This document shows, one piece after another, positions 33,692-34,678 of a stretch of 34,678 bases of DNA (position 1 is the stretch's first letter; every line of letters begins with the position of its first letter). Source of the stretch: an uncultured Pseudomonadota bacterium (GTDB lineage Bacteria > Pseudomonadota > Alphaproteobacteria > RF32 > CAG-239); NCBI GenBank assembly GCA_902796625.1, contig CADBPX010000081.1, positions 1 through 34,678 of the forward strand, in the 5' to 3' direction. The position numbers were made by a program, and so were the translations under genes. The notes beneath the pieces were generated by a model that had not been told where the DNA came from, did no database searches, and worked only from the letters and a program-made list of their open reading frames with translations.

Positions 33692-33919
33692 ATGAAAAAA
33701 GGAATTCACCCTGATTATCACGAGATTACATATGTGATGACAGACGGTACAGAAGTTAAAACAAAGTCAACTTGGGGAAAAGCCGGCGACAAAATGATGC
33801 TCGACATTGATCCGAAGTCACATCCGGCTTGGACCGGTGTTCGCCGCATTGTTGATAACGGCGGTCAGGTTGGCAAGTTTAACAGTAAGTTCGCCGCTTT
33901 CGGATTGAAAGATCATTAA
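33692..33919 (+). CDS. rpmE: 50S ribosomal protein L31
   Basis: [12 protein letters not shown]...TWG...[12 protein letters not shown] is the L31 signature. Length 75 aa. Confidence 0.93.
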   Translation: MKKGIHPDYHEITYVMTDGTEVKTKSTWGKAGDKMMLDIDPKSHPAWTGVRRIVDNGGQVGKFNSKFAAFGLKDH

Positions 33920-33941
33920 TCCGAATGACTGAAGTTTAAGT

Positions 33942-33964
33942 GCCTGCTTGAATGCAGGCCTTTT
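33942..33964 (+). terminator. Short GC-rich hairpin plus T-run after rpmE
   Basis: 6-bp stem GCCTGC/GCAGGC, 6-nt loop, then C-TTTT. Confidence 0.5.
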
Positions 33965-34053
33965 GCGTTTATAATATTGAAAAATTACTTGTATATTACT
34001 GCAAGCTTGTTTATTGTGTTAGCATAGAGAACAGATAATGAAAGGATTTTAAA

Positions 34054-34678
34054 ATGACAGCTCCTTTAATGCCTAAAGCTACAGCCGTTTGGCTTGTTGA
34101 AAATACGGCTCTGACATTCCGTCAGATTTCAAAGTTTTGTGAAATTCATGAATTAGAAATTCAAGCAATCGCCGATGGTGATATTGCTTATAATATAGTC
34201 GGCTTAAGCCCGATTAATAATGGTCAGCTGAGCTGGGAAGAAATTCACCGCTGTGAAAATGATGCCAATGCCGACTTGGTTCCGAATGTTCTGGAAAACA
34301 ATGTTAAAGAACGCAATGCCAAAGCAAAACGCTTGCTTTCACCGACACAACGCAGTGAAAAACCTTCGGCCATTTTATGGATTCTGAAAAATTATCCGCA
34401 GATTATTGATTCGCAAATATGCAAGTTAATTGGTACGACCAAACCGACGATTAACAAAATCCGTAACGGCGAATATAAAGATATGGCAGAATTAAAACCG
34501 AAGAATCCGGTAGCCATCGGCTTATGTGATGAAAAGTCATTAGAAAATGCACTGGCTGTTTCTATTGCCCAAACAGAATTAAAAAATAAACCAAAGAAGA
34601 AAAAAGCAACAAAGAAAAAGAAAGCTGCCGCGAAAAAAGCTCCGGCTAAAAAGACTACGGTAAAGAAAGCCGCCGTCA
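34054..34678 (+). CDS. DUF1013-family protein (alphaproteobacteria-specific; I recall the family being annotated as cell-cycle regulator TrcR, unverified), 3'-partial, with a Lys/Ala-rich tail
   Basis: It is not in the supplied ORF track because it has no stop in the window. My translation from the ATG at 34054 (after AAAGGA) gives MTAPLMPKATAVWLVENTALTFRQISKFCEIHELEIQAIADGDIAYNIVGLSPI..., the DUF1013 N-terminal signature. It is open to the window edge. Confidence 0.75.
   Translation, partial: MTAPLMPKATAVWLVENTALTFRQISKFCEIHELEIQAIADGDIAYNIVGLSPINNGQLSWEEIHRCENDANADLVPNVLENNVKERNAKAKRLLSPTQRSEKPSAILWILKNYPQIIDSQICKLIGTTKPTINKIRNGEYKDMAELKPKNPVAIGLCDEKSLENALAVSIAQTELKNKPKKKKATKKKKAAAKKAPAKKTTVKKAAV

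Noticed and set aside
1-34678. A window-wide look for CRISPR arrays, IS elements or transposases, integrases, long direct or inverted repeats, rRNA, and classic defence-system genes (restriction-modification, toxin-antitoxin pairs, Cas, Abi-type).
   Set aside because: None was seen. The only internal sequence duplication I could find is the tandem small-ORF pair at 25240-25896.

Overview
This is an AT-rich, tightly packed chromosomal segment with 37 supportable CDS (one runs off the 3' edge) and one tRNA. I saw no CRISPR array, IS element, integrase or rRNA. All calls come from reading motifs in the supplied translations and the DNA by eye; nothing was searched or computed by software. Gene content and order look alphaproteobacterial: gpmI/EnvC-like/ctpA/rppH, hflK-hflC-degP, kdsD-lptC/A-lptB-hpf-ptsN, ZauP-like/zapA, efp/SuhB-like, and a DUF1013 gene. 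Together with abutting or overlapping genes, this suggests a reduced, possibly host-associated lineage, which is inference. Most of the window is housekeeping: chaperone, envelope, Lpt, Fab, translation and division genes. Five parts are not ordinary core. (1) The best candidate for something undescribed is a terminator-bounded insert of about 2.1 kb (23757-25940) between ptsN and the zapA neighbourhood. It encodes a signal-less T4-lysozyme-type (GH24) protein with an HTH-like N-terminal region and an Arg-rich C-terminal tail, a possible micro-ORF, and two tandem paralogous small basic proteins sharing an invariant GDMVWATP motif. (2) A single ORF appears to fuse LptC and LptA, and rpoN is missing from the lptB-hpf-ptsN locus. 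(3) An apparent operon encodes an outer-membrane beta-barrel, an OmpR-type regulator with a compressed receiver, and an unknown polytopic membrane protein, with no histidine kinase. (4) A translationally coupled GT32 + Stealth (sugar-1-phosphate transferase) pair is wedged against dnaJ. (5) A SuhB/IMPase-fold protein has substitutions in its metal-binding motifs. Function for the 23.8-25.9 kb insert is hypothesis only.
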